Assembly: GCA_022813965.1 (NCBI GenBank)
Contig: JALDZS010000037.1
Coordinates: 62,001-126,000 of the forward strand
DNA length: 64,000 nucleotides
From: Toensbergia leucococca
Lineage: Eukaryota
Reading direction: 5' to 3'
Shown: in pieces, positions 24,401 to 35,744 of the stretch
Numbering within the stretch: position 1 is the first letter of the stretch
Layout: every line of letters begins with the position of its first letter
Position numbers and translations under genes: made by a program
Notes under the pieces: model-generated
Database searches by the model: none
What the model saw: only the letters and a program-made list of their open reading frames with translations
What the model was told of the DNA's origin: nothing

Positions 24401-24972
24401 CTTCTCAGGCGACTCTCAGTATCGCCAAAGCTAATTTGAACATCTTCAAAGTGAGACCCTCTCACTTTGTTGACGGGGACAGGTGACTCAGCTGGGTTGC
24501 TATCTTCTACTTGGGGGCGCTTCACCACCCTGGTGTTAGAAGCTGCAGTAGGCGTCTGCCCATGCAAGCCGGACCCTGCTGAAGTTGGCGATGAAAGTCT
24601 TGCTGTGGGCCTTTGCCATCGAGGACCTGAGATACGATGTGGACTTCCTTGGGTCTGGGGGACTTGGGTGTGAAATGTGTCTTGAGGCACTTCTGATCTT
24701 TTAGGAACATGTATCCTATACTTTGATTTAGGCTTTGGGAGAGGGAAAGTCGCATCGATGTCTGCTTCGAGCACTGCAGACTGGCTGGAAGCTTGGGCTA
24801 TTGCAGGATTGAAAGCTACATGGTCGACTTCGTCAGATTGACTGATTCTTTGGCGTTTGGTAGCTCGGTAAACAGGTATCTCGGGCGAAGTAGATTCTAC
24901 TCGCGAGACAGCAAACACTAAATCTTCATCGTCGAATGTCCCAAACTCGTCATCGCTATTACTGTTTACCAT
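21415..24972 (-). CDS. MPH1: FANCM/Mph1 DEAH DNA helicase, single exon
   Basis: RDYQ, LPTGLGKT, VVDEAH, LTATPG, ATSIGEEGLDI and QRMGRTGR. Confidence 0.95.
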   Translation of the reverse strand: MVNSNSDDEFGTFDDEDLVFAVSRVESTSPEIPVYRATKRQRISQSDEVDHVAFNPAIAQASSQSAVLEADIDATFPLPKPKSKYRIHVPKRSEVPQDTFHTQVPQTQGSPHRISGPRWQRPTARLSSPTSAGSGLHGQTPTAASNTRVVKRPQVEDSNPAESPVPVNKVRGSHFEDVQISFGDTESRLRRQALRSRDEESFSPGPADILADLPSDAFSSPAQAARGSLDQPIHASSQQADAYDKFFGETQRNHTVGLQKNLRQTTLFGERAPETNSQSQAQSTRHHNWPLANREEPSTHHKLNTDALKTWVYPTNLGTIRDYQYSIVARGLYHNLLVALPTGLGKTFIAATIMLNWFRWTVDAQIAFVAPTKPLVAQQVKACFDIAGIPRSTTTMLTGGTAPGLRAEEWMSKRVFFMTPQTIINDLKSGICDPKRLVLLVVDEAHRATGGYAYVEIVRFLRRFNSSFRVLALTATPGASVESVQEVIDGLEISRVEIRTEESIDIRQYVHSRKIETVLFDYTDEMVMVMDLYAKALQPCLDKLNGMNAYWTKDPMALSTYGCNQARQKWMSSDAGRKASFPVKGMVNTIFTLLASLAHGIELLKFHGIGPFYHKVLDFRNELKCAEKTSKYSKQINESEEFCTMMTRLQGWMHNPDFVGHPKLEYLRSVVLNHFLDAGDGRGAANPSGTRIMVFVHYRASAEEVARVLKRNEPMIRPHVFVGQANSKGSDGMDQKAQLSVVQKFKDGIYNTLVATSIGEEGLDIGEVDLIVCYDASASPIRMLQRMGRTGRKRAGNIVVMLMRGKEENNFIKAKDNYEKMQQEISAGTRFNFHDEQSRRIVPKDILPVVDKRVIEIPLENTQPDLPEPKRRGKAPKKPPKKFHMPDGVRTGFVRASKVGDEDDDSGSGDDNLLSNLRSLPSRSLTPESIPTLDEVLLTASEEKELERSYLDVGGDTPQIVEVPRFDAFPEVQRVLRKTKHVGHGRTTRSTVNMLNIIHNVTSSGTERYLKNLHKNDRKIADAQAEKRASFFRGSPGNSHLSKSPSPNALKPRSPLNGKKHSDPCVSGVRTTSCVDLSSSESGDESVDDQGDLLDDDLEEDEGFPLHKSSPPPLVQASKPFYQSQDKLYDTKSNSEDDLPAFDTLVKRPGSVTARALAGTTKANVLPRLSQRKPRKRIVEDDSDD

Positions 24973-25002
24973 GATATGCTCGATATGTAAGACAAAGATA
25001 GG

Positions 25003-25030
25003 ACGCGTCGATTCTTAATCTCGACGCGAA
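25003..25030. promoter_or_regulatory. Paired MCB-like (ACGCG) elements upstream of MPH1
   Basis: ACGCGT at 25003 and ACGCGAA at 25024, 30-60 bp upstream of the ATG. Confidence 0.5.
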
Positions 25031-25558
25031 GAGGCCAACTGGCTCAAGCGTCGTTCACACATTCTTGCACTGGTGAATGCATGTTTGAAGTGGTGACCAT
25101 ATATCGAAGGCTGAAGCCTCTGCGGACCGTTCAACGCTTTGTTGCATTAGTGAGCTGAGGCTCAGAAAGTTAGAGGATTAAATTGTGCATAGCGAAGGTT
25201 ATGTGCAAGGTATTGTCCCTTCACGTAGAATCCGAAACTATCGGAAAGCAGATTTACTGATTTGGACGGTACAGACTTAATTTTGGCATTAAGTATCTAT
25301 TGGGGTGGATGATAATGATTTTACAGATTATAAATTCATATGACCATGATAATTCAAAGAATGCTAAGTTCGCTGGATCGGTACTTCAACCAATGTCTCT
25401 GTGAGCCTAGCGGGCCTTGCCACCTAAAGACTCCTTTTCTGATACTTGTATTGGGTCTCGCGCTCTCTTACTATCCCAGAATTTTTAGTGCAATCTAGGT
25501 ATGTGCACTTCATCATCAAAAAGGCCCCTCAGGCCGCAAGGTGAACAGTTGAACAGAT

Positions 25559-26450
25559 CTACACCGTCCATGGTAGACCTAGCCTCCTCATCTCTATCGC
25601 CAGGCGAAAGATGTAATCCAAACTTCCCAAAAATTAGTGTACTTTCAAAGCATATCCTCGGATTTCTCTCATCTGTTTGCCTTACCTCTCTGCTTGTGTT
25701 TTCGCTTTTTGTACATCGTCGCCCCAAACATACCTTGAAAGGTCAACAGCATTTGCTATGAAGGAATGAAACGGGCTTACAAGCCATGCCTCCGTACAAG
25801 TACAGCATAAGAATCAGGGTACTTCTCCATCGCCACCTCTAAACTCTCTGTAAGGTCCTCCTCGCTTTTGATGAATCAGCGTGAGCCATCACCGATGGAA
25901 ATGTCAGGGACACCAACTGAGCAGTATTCTCAATGATCGGTACTTTCAGTCGGTCAAAGAACCCCAACATGCCCTGTTTCCCTTTTCCCTTGGGGATACC
26001 TTTTATTTGTTCAATCTTTTCAATCTCAAAGCATCTGTCCTCCACCTTCTGTTCCAGTTCATTTGCGTCTCGCTCGACCAGCAAAGTCACTAGCACAGCC
26101 CATTGGCTATGGGTATGGATACAACATCCCGCTCCCCGATCAAACGCCGCCATGAATAACGGCGTGCAAGCAGAAGGTTTGAGAAGAGGGGGTTTGCGAA
26201 GGTATGATCGCGTAGAACGCTCAAGAACGAAGATGTTAGTTGGTTGCATCAACTCCTTCTGCACACCAGAAGGAGCAATAAAGATATGAGAATCGCGGGC
26301 AATGGATGTACCGCCTCCTGTACCAGTCACCCAGCCAAGGTTGTAAAAGTTGCGGCAAAGAGTACAAATGAGGTTCGCGGGATGTTCGGGTTCGGGCGAG
26401 AGTATGAGGTGATCATTGGGATCAGATGAGGTCTCCTTGATACTCGCCAT
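25559..26450 (-). CDS. MDE1: Methylthioribulose-1-phosphate dehydratase (methionine salvage), 4 exons
   Basis: [50 protein letters not shown] and LDYIF..W. Confidence 0.95.
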
Positions 26451-26945
26451 GATCACAAGCAAACTGAGGAATCACTTATAGCTCAGAAGACTCAACGAAT
26501 CGTGTTATCTTCTGAGGATTCTTTTGAAATGCTCGGTGTTGAATATAGAATAGAGTAGATGAGAGCAAAAATTAAACAGAAGTCGCTTTGGATTACTTTG
26601 GCAGCGGCGCAAACAACTCTTAGATTATCATCTTAAGAGCAGTAGCAAGGGAAATCGCAGCTGTCCCCAGGAATAGTTGAGCTTGTTTCAAGATGGTTCT
26701 ACCTTGACTTCTATCCGTCAGAGGCTCAAGGTAGAGTCTTAATCCTCGAATCGGACTTGGCTGGCTGGCCGAGCGCCAAGACAAACTAGACAATCGCGTA
26801 ACTCGATTGATCAGGACAGCTTTCAATAAATCATCTTAAACACTCTCACACCATTTCTTTCTTTGCGTTTCTCCATAACTTCTCCAGCCCCACATTTGTC
26901 AACCGACTACCTCCCGAAGTATTGCTGGTGCTGGTACTAGTCATA

Positions 26946-28940
26946 ATGCGTTTCAACGCCGCCCTTATTCCTGTTCTTTACTCCTCTGCCGCTCTTCTAG
27001 GTCATGTGCGTGCAGCGGATAGCGACGATGCCACAGAATCTTCCACCACATCAATAGCAGAGTCAGCAACATCCTCTTCGTTGGAGAAGCCAACATTCAT
27101 TGTAAGCATTGGCCTTTTACTCCAGCACAGCCTATTACCTACATTGGAACATTGGAAACTTCTACTAATAAAAATGAACAGCCTTCTGAGGTCAAGGCAC
27201 CTTTCTTTGAGCAATTCACAGACGATTGGGAAACAAGATGGGCTCCTTCCCATGCAAAGAAAGAAGACGCAAAGTCCGATGAAGAATGGGCCTACATAGG
27301 TACATGGGCGGTCGAGGAGCCTCATGTACTCAAGGGTATTGAGGGAGATAAGGGCCTTGTCGTCAAGAATCCGGCAGCCCATCATGCAATATCTGCGAAA
27401 TTCGACAAGGCAATTGACAACAAGGGAAAGACTTTGGTTGTCCAGTATGAGGTTAAGCTACAAAGTAAGCGTTTATGATCTCTGCATACATCTCTTCCGG
27501 CAAGTTTCCAGGCGCTGACCTATTCTTTATAGACGGTTTGGAGTGCGGTGGTGCCTATATGAAACTCCTTCAAGACAACAAGAAATTACACGCCGAGGAA
27601 TTCTCAAATGCCTCTCCCTATGTTATAATGTTTGGTCCCGACAAGTGTGGCGCAACAAACAAGGTGCGAAGATGTTTAATGATCTTAAAGGAGTGGACCG
27701 CTATTAACAATTATAGGTCCACTTCATTTTCAAACACAAGAATCCAAAGACTGGTGAATACGAAGAGAAGCACCTAAAGAGCTCTCCAATGGCCCGCATT
27801 GTGAAGACAACATCTGTCTATACCCTTGTTGTAAAGCCAGATCAGACTTTCCAAATCATCATTGATGGCGAACAGTTGAAAGAAGGCAGTCTTCTTGAGG
27901 ACTTCACTCCAGCGGTTAATCCCGAAAAGGAAATCGATGATCCGAAAGACACCAAGCCAGATGATTGGATTGACCAAGCTAGGATCCCGGACGCAGTGGC
28001 CACAAAGCCCGAGGACTGGAACGAGGATGCGCCATACGAGATTATCGATGAAGAAGCTACTAAGCCCGAGGACTGGCTTGAAGATGAACCTACCATGATC
28101 CCAGACCCCGAAGCTGAAAAGCCCGAAGACTGGGACGATGAAGAAGATGGCGACTGGATGCCGCCAATGGTGTCAAATTCTAAGTGTGACGAAGTCTCAG
28201 GCTGCGGCAAATGGGAGCCTCCAACTAAGAAAAACCCGGATTACAAGGGTAAATGGACTGCGCCATACATTGATAACCCAGAGTACAAGGGTGTCTGGGC
28301 GCCAGCGAGAATCGCCAACCCTGACTACTTCGAAGACAAAACCCCAGCTAACTTCGAGCCAATGGGAGCGGTAAGTATCGATCTCATGTACGCAAAGAAC
28401 ATTGGCTAATTATGAAATTAGATTGGATTTGAGATCTGGACCATGCAAAGTGATATTCTGTTTGACAACATTTACATCGGTCACTCTGTCGAAGACGCTG
28501 AGAAGCTTAGAGCCGAGACCTATGATATCAAGCACCCTATTGAAGTCGCAGAAGACGAAGCTACGAAGCCCAAGCCTTCGGACCCACCAAAATCTCCCAT
28601 GGACTTGAAATTCATGGATGACCCAGTTCACTATGTCCGCGAAAAACTCCACCTCTTCTGGACTATCGCGAGAAACGATCCTATTCAAGCTATCCAATTT
28701 CTACCTGAAGTGGCTGGTGGTCTCGGTCTCCTTGCTGTCACCTTTATCGCTCTGATCATTGGTGCAGTCAGCATGAGCGGCTCAAGCCCACCTCCTCAAG
28801 TCAAGAAAACTGCAGAAAGTGTTAAACAAAGCGTCACAGACACCAAGGATCAAGTCGTTGACGCAGCGACTTCGGGTTCTGAAAAGGCTCAGGCTGAAAT
28901 CAATAAACGGACTACTAGATCATCTGGGCCTGCCGAGTAG
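26946..28940 (+). CDS. CNE1: Calnexin, spliced
   Basis: Signal peptide, [25 protein letters not shown]-domain KPEDW and GKW repeats, C-terminal TM helix. Confidence 0.96.
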
Positions 28941-29517
28941 ATTCCTTGATTTTGCGAAGACTAGGCACATTCAAAAGAAGCGGAGGCTATTGGGGATGCA
29001 GGCGATTCGATGACTGGAGTGAAGGAGGTAGGTAGATGGTCCATATGACACTGAACTGTGGTGTCTAGCTTTTTCTTGAGATATTACTCTGCGAATGTAC
29101 CATATATGAAGCTCAGCGAAAAGTTTAATATTTCTAATCTGTTCCAAGGTAATCAATCGTACTGGAGGTTAGTCTGGAGATTACTTGAATGAAACGGCAA
29201 TGACAAAAACCCCTATCGTCCCTGCGACCGAAGTATCGGCATTGAATCTACCTACTCCTTCCGTGTACGTTCCAGATACGGATATGAGGTGATGAGTTAC
29301 CTCGCCTGCTCGCTTAGTAGCGTTCTCACCAAGCGAGGTAACTCATATCTGGAACGTATGAGTACGCAGTGCGCCAACCCCGCTCCCGCACCCCCGCAAA
29401 GTTCGAGACGCGCTACAAAAAATTCCAACAACGGACCGATTAATGGTTCGCAATGAACCTGCTTCTTACTCGTAAAAGCCAAGTTCATATCAGTGCAGTC
29501 AGGTACTGTAATGAAAT

Positions 29518-31428
29518 ATGATGGCCACCAGACAGGCGTTTTCAAGGACCTTTTCTATCCTCAAAACTCCATTGGTTTCGCAGCGAGCAGGTCTCACCAC
29601 GGCTAAGATGCCCACATCTTCAGACAGAAATAGTACAGCTACGAGACGACTTCATGCCACCGCTCGGCATTTCAGGCCCACCGCGACGACAACTGCGGCA
29701 ACTTCGTCGGAAGAATATCCTACCAGTCACCAGCAAATAACTTCACCGATTGACACTCAAAACTTTCTAGACAATCAATTCGTTTCCTCAAAAGCTTCTA
29801 CTTGGATTGATCTCCACGACCCTGCAACAAACAATCTCGTCAGTCGCGTTCCACAAAGCACAGATGAAGAGCTCCGAGCAGCAGTCGAAAGTGCCAAAAA
29901 GGCCTTTCCCGCATGGCGAGCTACGAGCGTACTTCACAGGCAACAAATTATGTTCAAATTTGTCGCATTGATACGGGAGAACTGGGATAGGCTGGCCGCA
30001 AGTATCACACTAGAGCAGGGAAAGACATTTGGTGATGCTAAAGGAGATGTATTGAGAGGACTACAAGTTGCTGAGACGGCGTGTGGGATCACCACGCAAC
30101 TGACAGGAGAGGTCCTAGAAGTCGCCAAAGACATGGAGACTAGGAGTTATAGGGAGCCATTAGGCGTGGTTGCGGCCATCTGCCCTTTTAGTAATTTTCC
30201 CCTATTAGCCTTAGTCAGAACTCAAGACATTGGGCTGACGGATCTTTAACAGACTTTCCGGCCATGATACCGCTATGGTCGATCCCAGTCGCCACTGCCA
30301 CTGGCAATACTCTAATTCTCAAACCTTCTGAGCGCGATCCCGGTGCAGCAATGATCCTAGCTGAGCTTACTCAAAAAGCTGGGTTCCCAGATGGAGTAAT
30401 CAGTATCGTCCACGGCTCAGCAAGGACAGTCGATTTTATCATCGATGAACCGGCAATTAAAGCTATTAGCTTTGTCGGTAGCAACAAAGCGGGAGAGTAT
30501 ATTTACACCCGCGGCTCAGCCCAGGGAAAGCGCGTGCAAGCAAATTTAGGGGCGAAGAACCATGCCGCGGTGTTGCCAGATTGCAACAAGAATCATGCCT
30601 TGAATGCTATTTCTGGGGCAGCATTCGGTGCAGCAGGTCAAAGATGCATGGCATTGAGCACACTCGTAATGGTGGGTGAGACGAAGGACTGGCTTCCGGA
30701 TATTGCAGATAGGGCAAAACAACTTAGCGTCAATGGCGGGTTTGAGGAGGGTGCCGATCTTGGCCCTGTCATCAGCCCACAAAGCAAAAAGCGTATTGAG
30801 GCGCTGATCGCCAGTGCTGAAGAAGAAGGAGCAACTATATTACTAGATGGAAGGGGTTACACGCCGAAAAAGTATCCTAATGGAAACTGGGTATGCCACG
30901 GACTTGCATTACGTTGCTATCGGAAACATCAAAGCTGACATGTACTCGGCGGATAGGTGGGCCCAACACTAATCACCAACGTCAAACCCCACATGAAATG
31001 TTATACCGAGGAGATCTTTGGGCCAGTACTCGTTTGCCTCAATGTCGAGACAATTGATGATGCCATTGATCTGATCAACGCCAACGAGTATGGTAACGGC
31101 GTTGCAATTTTCACCCGCAGCGGTAGCACTGCAGCGCGTTTTCAGAAGGACGTTGAGGCTGGCCAAGTAGGCATCAATGTGTAAGTACTCGATCCCAGTC
31201 CTGGAAATCAGTGGCAATGTCTAACGAGGCAAAAGTCCTATTCCTGTTCCTTTGCCCATGTTCAGCTTTACCGGGAACAAGAAAAGCGTGGCCGGGGGAG
31301 GTAGCAATACATTCTATGGAAAACCTGGGCTGAACTTTTATACGCAGACGAAGACTGTCACGAGTCTCTGGAACAGTGAAGATGCCATAGCGACCAAGGC
31401 TAATGTAAATATGCCGACCAATACGTAG
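29518..31428 (+). CDS. Methylmalonate-semialdehyde dehydrogenase (ALDH6), mitochondrial, 4 exons
   Basis: Mitochondrial presequence, [40 protein letters not shown] and GIN|VPIPVP. Confidence 0.93.
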
Positions 31429-31615
31429 AATTTAATAGTCAGATGTTCTAGTATCAGTAAATTGATAAATCTGATATGATAACGGCTGTGAATTGAAAAT
31501 AGCTAAGGAACTGACTCCTGATGTGAATCATGTATCCTCTTGACAATTCCACTCACTCTACACCAGATGACTCCAAAAAACTATCAAGTATCATCACCGG
31601 CCACCATCGTCAATC

Positions 31616-33262
31616 ATGTCAAAGCCAAATACTGTGGACTTCCCATCACTGCGTGCTTTCTGTGCGGATTTGCCAAACCTTCCAGAAGATCTTTTCCTCA
31701 TTGTAGCTCGTCTTCTGTCTCCTTCTGATCTTATTCGTTGTCGTCGCGTCTCTCGGCAGTGGCATGATGCCTTTACCAATCCATACTTACTGCGAACGGC
31801 CTTGCGGTGGCATTTTGACAGAGCGCGAGAGGTGCGGAAATTGAGGGAGTCAGGACATCTCCAAACCTGCACGCTAGATGTCACATCAAAATGGATCTAC
31901 ACTTTCGATAAAATTGCAGCCAGATATCTTTCATTAAGAATGGGTAGGCCTAGACATCTTGAGAAAATCAGTTTGGTCAGTGACCACTTGGACACATACC
32001 AATACCCTGTTGGTCGCTGGCACAGAACGCTCGAGGTGGACGATGTCTTCTCAGCATATCTGTCATATCATGAACCCGAGACATCTTGGACTTATAATGA
32101 TGGTATTCTGGTCTACGCTGACCCAGTGGCTCAAAGCTATGTCCTCCTCGACGTGGAGAGCATGGTGAAGTCTCTTGTACCTTTCACATTAGAAGGACGT
32201 CTAGTCAGAAGAGTGAGGCTGCAACGCGAGACACTGATCGTTGAGTGGGCCGAGAAGGATGCATATCACGAGCTGGACTTAGATACAAGAGTACACCGTC
32301 ATTTCGTCTCTTGTTTTAATGTTGTTCCCCTCGCACAGTCTTTCCCGTGGATCCCTAGATACGATGTTGTCTTCCGCAGTCAATGGAAGTTGCATTTCCT
32401 CGGATTACCTCTGAATAAACGAGACGTCTTTTTCTCCGCACACACAGAGAGATTTTACGTTTTGTATATATGGCAACCTAATCGATCTGCTTGGGGCGAG
32501 GACGAACCGATCGAAACCTTGACGGTCTGGGATATCAGCTTGCCATCTGATTATTGCCCTTCTCAAGATCCATCTGGTAGTGCAGTGCCGACTAGTAAAG
32601 CTGGGCCGTGTGTTGTCAAGAAATTAAAGTACGATGATCTAGATTTCTACTGTGTCAGGCAGAGAGATACTCCGTTGTTCTGGAAACTTGACATTGACGA
32701 AGATGGAGGCATGGTATACGTGGTTGAGGAGTGCTGCGAATTACTAGAAGGAGCTGATGTCGGTCATAGCAGGCAGGTTCCAGGAGACCTTCATTCCCAC
32801 ATCTATGCAGAGCGGGTCGTAGGAATCCCAATCATCGGAGGAGGTCCTCGGTGGGAAGATGTGGCAACTACTAGTAGTGTTGAATCATCGTCAAGAGGAA
32901 TCTGTTCCTTGGACTCTGAGACAATCTGGATGGTCACAGAACCAAAGAAAGCAACGTGCTGGCGTTACAAAGGGATCTTCCCTGAAACTGGTATACGAAT
33001 GGACAAAGCACAAGATGAGCTAGCCGGCATTGAATTTACCTCGGTGTGGTATTGGAGATCGAGGCAATGGATTCCTCAGATATCCATTCAAGGGCAAGAC
33101 TGGAACGTTGAACTAAAGCAAGGTACGACGGATTGTCCAATTAACAGAGGAATTCAGGGCGACGAGCGATGGATCATTGGGGAGGGCGATGATGATGAGA
33201 TTCTCATCCATCGCTTCGATAGTACGATGCCGAGCGAAAAGCAGACGCGTTCATATCTTTAG
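31616..33262 (+). CDS. F-box domain protein
   Basis: 548-aa ORF with an N-terminal F-box: LPEDLFLIVARLLSPSDLIRCRRVSRQW. Confidence 0.85.
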   Translation: MSKPNTVDFPSLRAFCADLPNLPEDLFLIVARLLSPSDLIRCRRVSRQWHDAFTNPYLLRTALRWHFDRAREVRKLRESGHLQTCTLDVTSKWIYTFDKIAARYLSLRMGRPRHLEKISLVSDHLDTYQYPVGRWHRTLEVDDVFSAYLSYHEPETSWTYNDGILVYADPVAQSYVLLDVESMVKSLVPFTLEGRLVRRVRLQRETLIVEWAEKDAYHELDLDTRVHRHFVSCFNVVPLAQSFPWIPRYDVVFRSQWKLHFLGLPLNKRDVFFSAHTERFYVLYIWQPNRSAWGEDEPIETLTVWDISLPSDYCPSQDPSGSAVPTSKAGPCVVKKLKYDDLDFYCVRQRDTPLFWKLDIDEDGGMVYVVEECCELLEGADVGHSRQVPGDLHSHIYAERVVGIPIIGGGPRWEDVATTSSVESSSRGICSLDSETIWMVTEPKKATCWRYKGIFPETGIRMDKAQDELAGIEFTSVWYWRSRQWIPQISIQGQDWNVELKQGTTDCPINRGIQGDERWIIGEGDDDEILIHRFDSTMPSEKQTRSYL

Positions 33263-34164
33263 ACTCAGACGTGTTCGACAGCCCTGCTTCTCGTTGTACG
33301 GACTACTCTATGGCACGTCAAACTCAACAAGTTCATCAATATCTTTGGCCTTGAATTCAAACTTGGTCGATAGCTATGCAGCTGGCGAAGCCATAATTGG
33401 ACGAATAGACATTTTACGTTGGTAGCGATTTGATGTGACGGCTCGTCCAAATCGTGAAATACACGAGACAAGTGCTTGTACGAGTACACAATAAGCCCCG
33501 TCCAAAAATCACATGTGGAGCTCATAGGTAAAACTCCTTGATTCTTCATGTGCCAGCTCAACCAGCTCTATGGCTCAGTAAAAATTCATGGAATTCCTGA
33601 CTGCAATATTAGCCCTGTGCTTAAAGTCTCAAACACCATCGAACAAAACGCAGTCTTCGCTCATCCGAATTTCTTCCGATAGCCAAACCACAAACTCCGC
33701 ACGATCTTGCTCTTGCAAGCTTCTGGAAACAGACAACTGGGTTTTTTCGCTGTCCAAGAGTCGCAAGGCGCATATCTTCCTACTTTATTGATGTCTTAAA
33801 ATCACAGTCCATTCAAGAGTATATGAATGCGTCTTTTCGTGCAGAACTCAATCGGCGAGTTTCCTGAGAAATGCTTGACATATCAATGCTTTAGGCATCA
33901 TATGGCTGATGATAGTATTACGAGGGAAGGGCGAGTAGATCACCTCGCTCCTACCCATTTTATTAGCAAGGAAATTCCACCCTCAGCACTTACTCTCCAA
34001 GTCGAAATGACTCAATACGGTTCAGCCTAAGCAACACATACCGCAACACCTTTTCCCAAATCAAGACATCCCTTTTCTCCAATCCCAATTCCAACCAATG
34101 ACACACCCACCAAACACTATCAAACACTAACCTCACCGACCCACCCACCCAAACCTCCCAAAAA

Positions 34165-34701
34165 ATGCCCACCTACCTCCTCCCCCTCCCCAACCCCCTC
34201 CGCCACCAAATCTACACCCACCTCCTCTATTCCCCAACCCCCATCCCCCTCTCCCGCCCCCGCCCTCACACCCCCAAACTCCACCTCTCAATCCTCCTCA
34301 CCTCCAAACCAACCCACAACGAAACCCTCCCCCTCCTCTACGGCCTAAACACCTTCCTCCTCTCCAACCCTCACATCCTCGCAACCCTGCCCCTCTAACA
34401 CAGGCGCCTGATCCGCAACTTGAAGCTCGAAATTCTGCGCGGCGATGTGTGGTTGTTTGCTGGTTTGCCGGGGCTGGTAGGGGGGTGGATGGGGTTGGAG
34501 ATTGTGGTTTTAGGGGTTGGGGAGGAGGAGGAGGAGGAGGGAGAGGCGAGGAGGGAGATGGTTGTGGGGTTGGAGAAGAAGGGTTTAGGGGACTTGGTGA
34601 AGAGTCTGAGGGCGTTGAGGCGGTTTAGTGTTGTGGGCTTTGGGGAGGAGAAGTGGGCGCGGGAGATGGAAGAGTGGGTTGGAGGAGGGAGGAGAGGGTA
34701 G
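34165..34701 (+). pseudogene. F-box-like/2EXR-like fungal gene interrupted by an in-frame TAA
   Basis: Two ORFs in the same frame separated by TAA at 34396-34398. The motifs LLPLP..LRHQIY..LL and SILLTSK..HNE..PLLYG.NTF are typical of this fungal family. Confidence 0.6.
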
Positions 34702-35744
34702 GTGGAAAAGGTTCTGTCGTTCGTGAACGGAGGGGATTTTTGCGAGGGTGGAAGATGGGTGCGGTGAGAGATGTGGGCGCTTGAACAGTGTTGGGGAGGG
34801 ATCGGAGTGGGATGGTTTTGGAGGTGCCTTTTTGGCGGCGATGGGGTGGTGGTGGTGAGAGTGGGATCGTCTTGTTCGAACAAGTACTGAGGTTGTTGTT
34901 TTGGTAAAGGGGGGGGTGTTTGGGAGCGAGGGAGGGAGGGACCAGGCTTTGGGACGAACATGTCACATGCGTGACGTTTGGGAGAGATGCAGCAGATGCA
35001 GAAGAATTAGGTCCGGAGCACTTTTTCAAGTTTAGATCGAGAGGCAAGAAATAGAAAGAACGTATCACCCTCACCAGGGCCCGATTTTGGCAAGTTTCTT
35101 TTGCGGGCTGTGGAAGGGGAGTTTACTGGCGCGTTTACAGGAATCTTCATCTGAATGCTCGTGAGAAAAGGGGATAGCCAGAAAGAAATTGGAAGACCCC
35201 CTCACTGACTTGTCTGTTTATTTAGATTCGAACATTGCAAGCGATGAAGCTCGTTCTTCGTACCGCTCATGGTCCTTCAGTCTGTGGATCTTTTTGCTCA
35301 CGGCGAGGGTGGGAGTTTTTGATTCTTGTAGGCCGCGCGGGGGGATGGTTTGCTTGGTGCGTGAGAATCGAGTTGTATTTTTGGATGCTAGACGTATGGG
35401 GTTTGGGATTTTATTTTGGGTTTTTTGGGGGGGGGTGGGGGTGCTGTGGGATTTCTTTTCAGTGAGGGAAAGGGAGGTGGGGGGTGAATGGATGGGATTA
35501 GTGTGATACCCCCATCCCATCCCTGCTTTCTTAAGGGGGAGAAGAGGAAGAAAGAAAAGAGAGAGTAACGAAATCGAGACACTAAGCCTACCTACCTCTA
35601 GCTACAAGCAGCACGAGGTAAGCTTAGCATACCTACAAAATCCACATCTCCTCTCACATAATCCTCTTGTTCAAAAGAGGGTAATGAAGCTGCACCACAA
35701 TCATCTCCAATCTCACTACCTGGCACCCCCAAACAGCACCTTCC

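Noticed and set aside
27930..28320. Tandemly repeated AAGCCCGAGGACTGG-like units
   Set aside because: These encode the normal calnexin P-domain KPEDW repeats; not a CRISPR array or a DNA repeat element.
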